The notes under the pieces were generated by a model that ran no database searches, had not been told where the DNA came from, and was given only the letters and a program-made list of their open reading frames with translations. Both the position numbers and the translations under genes were made by a program. From NCBI GenBank assembly GCA_963767925.1, contig CAVYGB010000010.1, positions 160,001 through 224,000 of the forward strand: DNA of 64,000 nucleotides. Reading direction: 5' to 3'. The stretch comes from an uncultured delta proteobacterium. GTDB lineage: Bacteria > Myxococcota_A > Polyangia > Fen-1088. This document shows, one piece after another, positions 63,090 through 64,000 of the stretch (position 1 is its first letter; every line of letters begins with the position of its first letter).

Positions 63090-64000
63090 ATGAAGCTCGG
63101 TGCCCGGCGCATGCGTACCCAGGGACGTTACGCGATCCTGAAAAAGATCGCCGATGGGGGCATGGCAGAGATCTTCCTCGCGCGCCAGACCGGCGCCGAG
63201 GGCTTCGCGCGTTCGGTGATCGTCAAGCGGATCCTGCCGGCCTACTCGGCGGATCCGCATTTCCGTAACATGCTGGTCGACGAGTCGCACATCGCGATGA
63301 CGCTGAACCACAGCAACATCGTGCCGGTGCTCGACTTCGGCCAGGCCGGTGGCTGTTACTTCATGGTCCTCGAGCTCGTCGACGGCTGGGACCTTTCCAC
63401 AATCCGGCAGCGGGCCACCCGCAACCGGTTCCCCATTCCGCTCGGCCTCGCCCTCTACCTCGTGGCGGAGGTTTGCCGCGCGCTGGCCTACGCCCACGGG
63501 CGCAAGGACGGGGCCGGCAAGCCGCTGCAGATCGTTCATCGCGACGTGAGCCCGCAAAACGTGCTCGTCAGCGAGCAGGGCGAGGTCAAGGTCGCCGACT
63601 TCGGCATCGCCAAGGCGCTCGGCAAGCGCGAGCGGACCCAGACCGGGATCATCAAGGGCAAGCTCGAGTACATGTCGCCGGAGCAGGCGATGGGGCAGCC
63701 GCTCGAGGCCCGCTCCGACGTGTTCGCGGTGGGGACCATGCTCTACCTGCTGACCACCAACCGGCGGCCCTTCGCCCACGCCAACGACTTCGAGTCTCTC
63801 CTGCGCGTCCAGCGGGTGGAGTTCGATCCGCCCGAGCTGGTGCGTCCCGATCTCCCGGGGGGAGTCGTGCGGATCATCAAGAAGTCCATGATGGCCCGGC
63901 CCGACGATCGCTACCTCAGCGCCGAGGAGATGATGATCGACGTCGAGAGCGTGCTGCGGGGCGAGCTCGGCTCTCCCGGGCAGAGCGAGCTCAAGCGCTG
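63090..64000 (+). CDS. Ser/Thr protein kinase (runs off the 3' end of the window; absent from the ORF track)
   Basis: Own translation: 'GRYAILKKIADGGMAEIF...VKRIL...HRDVSPQN...DFGIAK...KGKLEYMSPEQ...SDVFAVG'. ATG at 63090 or 63111. Confidence 0.95.
   Translation, partial: MKLGARRMRTQGRYAILKKIADGGMAEIFLARQTGAEGFARSVIVKRILPAYSADPHFRNMLVDESHIAMTLNHSNIVPVLDFGQAGGCYFMVLELVDGWDLSTIRQRATRNRFPIPLGLALYLVAEVCRALAYAHGRKDGAGKPLQIVHRDVSPQNVLVSEQGEVKVADFGIAKALGKRERTQTGIIKGKLEYMSPEQAMGQPLEARSDVFAVGTMLYLLTTNRRPFAHANDFESLLRVQRVEFDPPELVRPDLPGGVVRIIKKSMMARPDDRYLSAEEMMIDVESVLRGELGSPGQSELKR

Overview
Very GC-rich (roughly 70% or more by eye), densely coding chromosomal segment. It most likely comes from a myxobacterium (Myxococcota): there are four eukaryote-like Ser/Thr kinases, PEGA and FecR proteins, an FrzS-like pseudo-receiver/coiled-coil protein and a MXAN_5187-C-terminal-like protein. 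About 53 CDSs are supportable. Housekeeping: dapA, dapB, pntA/pntB, secA, hflX, tsaB. Peptidoglycan/amino-sugar metabolism: a Ddl-like ATP-grasp with murQ and anmK, a HAD hydrolase with a nucleotidyltransferase, an SIS/Gfo/ROK cluster, a DegT/Gfo pair, and a GH29 fucosidase. Transport: TolC, POT, TAXI, TonB-dependent receptor, modB/modC, NupG-like MFS. There are two ECF sigma/anti-sigma modules. I saw no rRNA, tRNA, CRISPR array or transposase/integrase. At least seven single-base frameshifts, two of them in essential secA, point to long-read or assembly indel errors rather than biology. The strongest candidate for an undescribed system is an ECF sigma factor followed by a membrane-anchored FecR-type anti-sigma fused to a pectate-lyase-like beta-helix domain, a possible one-protein polysaccharide sensor. 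All functional calls come from motif recognition by eye; no database searches were run.
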